64,000 nt of DNA from Botryllus schlosseri (Eukaryota): the NCBI GenBank assembly GCA_051294905.1, contig CM119379.1, positions 15,686,001 to 15,750,000 of the forward strand, given 5' to 3'. Position numbers and translations under genes: made by a program. Of the stretch, positions 62,877-64,000 are shown one piece after another (positions within the stretch are counted from its first letter, which is position 1; every line of letters begins with the position of its first letter). The notes beneath the pieces are model-generated. The model saw nothing but the letters and a program-made list of their open reading frames with translations. It was not told where the DNA came from and searched no databases.

Positions 62877-63181
62877 CAGTGGTTCCCGAACCGGGGACGT
62901 GAAAGCATCTGAAGGGAGCGCGTAACCGAGGTTAAATGATTTTTTTTCGCTCAAGGCGCGAATTATCCACCCTGCTCATAGTTATTGCTCTGTGTATTGT
63001 CCGATTTTGATATTTCAGAATTATCTCACCAACAGCCATCACCGTCCATGTCATCAAACTTTCCGTTGGAGTTGCTAGCATACTCGTTGCTCTTTTTATT
63101 ACTTTGCGATATCATGATAGGGACGCGAAATTTTTCACTATCATAAAGGAAAGCGTGCCTAAAAAAGTTTGAGAACCACTG
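62877..63181 (-). mobile_element. hAT MITE, same family as 4145-4461
   Basis: CAGTGGTTC…GAGAACCACTG; internal similarity to 4145-4461. Confidence 0.75.
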
Positions 63182-63871
63182 TTTTAGTGTCTTAATGGTA
63201 GAACGTGGATAGATATACAGGTGTAAAGAGAGTTGAATATGTATCATGTTCAACATTTTTTTCGAATCATGACGGCAAATTGATATTTTTTAATTAACCG
63301 TCAGTTTCTCATTACCTAACATCAACTCATTCACTGAGCAGCATTTATTAACAATGTAATTTAAAAATAAAATCAAAATACGCTGCAGAATATAGCTAAA
63401 AATTTTCATGCGCCCCGCCAACTTATTTTCTACTTCTAATTTGGCCCGCGGAGAAAAATAATCGCCCACCGCTGGCATAAATGCTGATTTCGGCCTATAT
63501 ATAGCATTAGAGATCTTTAAATTAGTATATACCCGTTCATAAACTGTCGACGAGACGAAGACTTGTTGCTGAATTAGGCGCCTTGTCAGTTCAACTACAA
63601 TTTACATATGTACATTAGAGAAAGAGACCCTTGCAATCATAACTGTACAGTGTACACTGATTTGACTTGATCAGGTTGCGCCAATACTGTCTACAACTCA
63701 TCTATGACGTGTGTAACTGTGTATACTGTGTTGTTCAGCTAATTTTTCAAGCGCTAGATTTCAACTTTATGTTACCATATTTTCACGGGCCAGGAAAAAT
63801 GGGAGGTCCGAGACTTCTTTGGAGATAGGGGGAAGTTAGTTTCAATCAAGTGTCACCACGAATACACAGTA

Positions 63872-63988
63872 GGGCTCTTCAAAAATGACTTTTTTTCTCA
63901 AATCGTACTGGCTACTTGATAATATTGTTAGGTTACCTAATTTAAGCCTACACACAAAATTTGGTTCAATTCCAGCAAGTAACCGCTT
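63872..63988 (+). mobile_element. Left arm of the foldback MITE family seen at 8645-9291
   Basis: Near-identical to 8645-8762. Confidence 0.85.
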
Positions 63989-64000
63989 TGCTACAGGAGA

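Noticed and set aside
430-63478. Most 60-130 aa ORFs in the supplied six-frame track
   Set aside because: They are antisense or off-frame shadows of real exons, or fall within repeats, with no independent coding evidence.

Overview
AT-rich eukaryotic (animal) genomic DNA, not prokaryotic. Many 56-69 nt introns and compact genes suggest an invertebrate chordate such as an ascidian, but that assignment is inference only. Three intron-containing genes were reconstructed by hand from splice signals, with consistent phases. Two are divergent tandem paralogs on the + strand (9453-23426, about 642 aa, 15 coding exons; 25502-39778, about 628 aa, 16 coding exons) encoding an unusual VWA(MIDAS) + Vwaint-like helical + C-terminal BRCT protein. 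The third is a convergent anoctamin/TMEM16 gene on the - strand (40907 to at least 61414) with a duplicated TM1 exon pair that looks mutually exclusive. Introns and intergenic DNA hold many hAT-type MITE families with 8-bp TSDs (several nested), tRNA-derived SINEs, a Chapaev-like fossil that splits a SINE, a 650-bp foldback and LINE scraps. They also hold a Penelope-like remnant and two related palindromic retroposed elements carrying minimal hammerhead-ribozyme motifs. All identifications come from reading the sequence and recalled family motifs; no searches were run.
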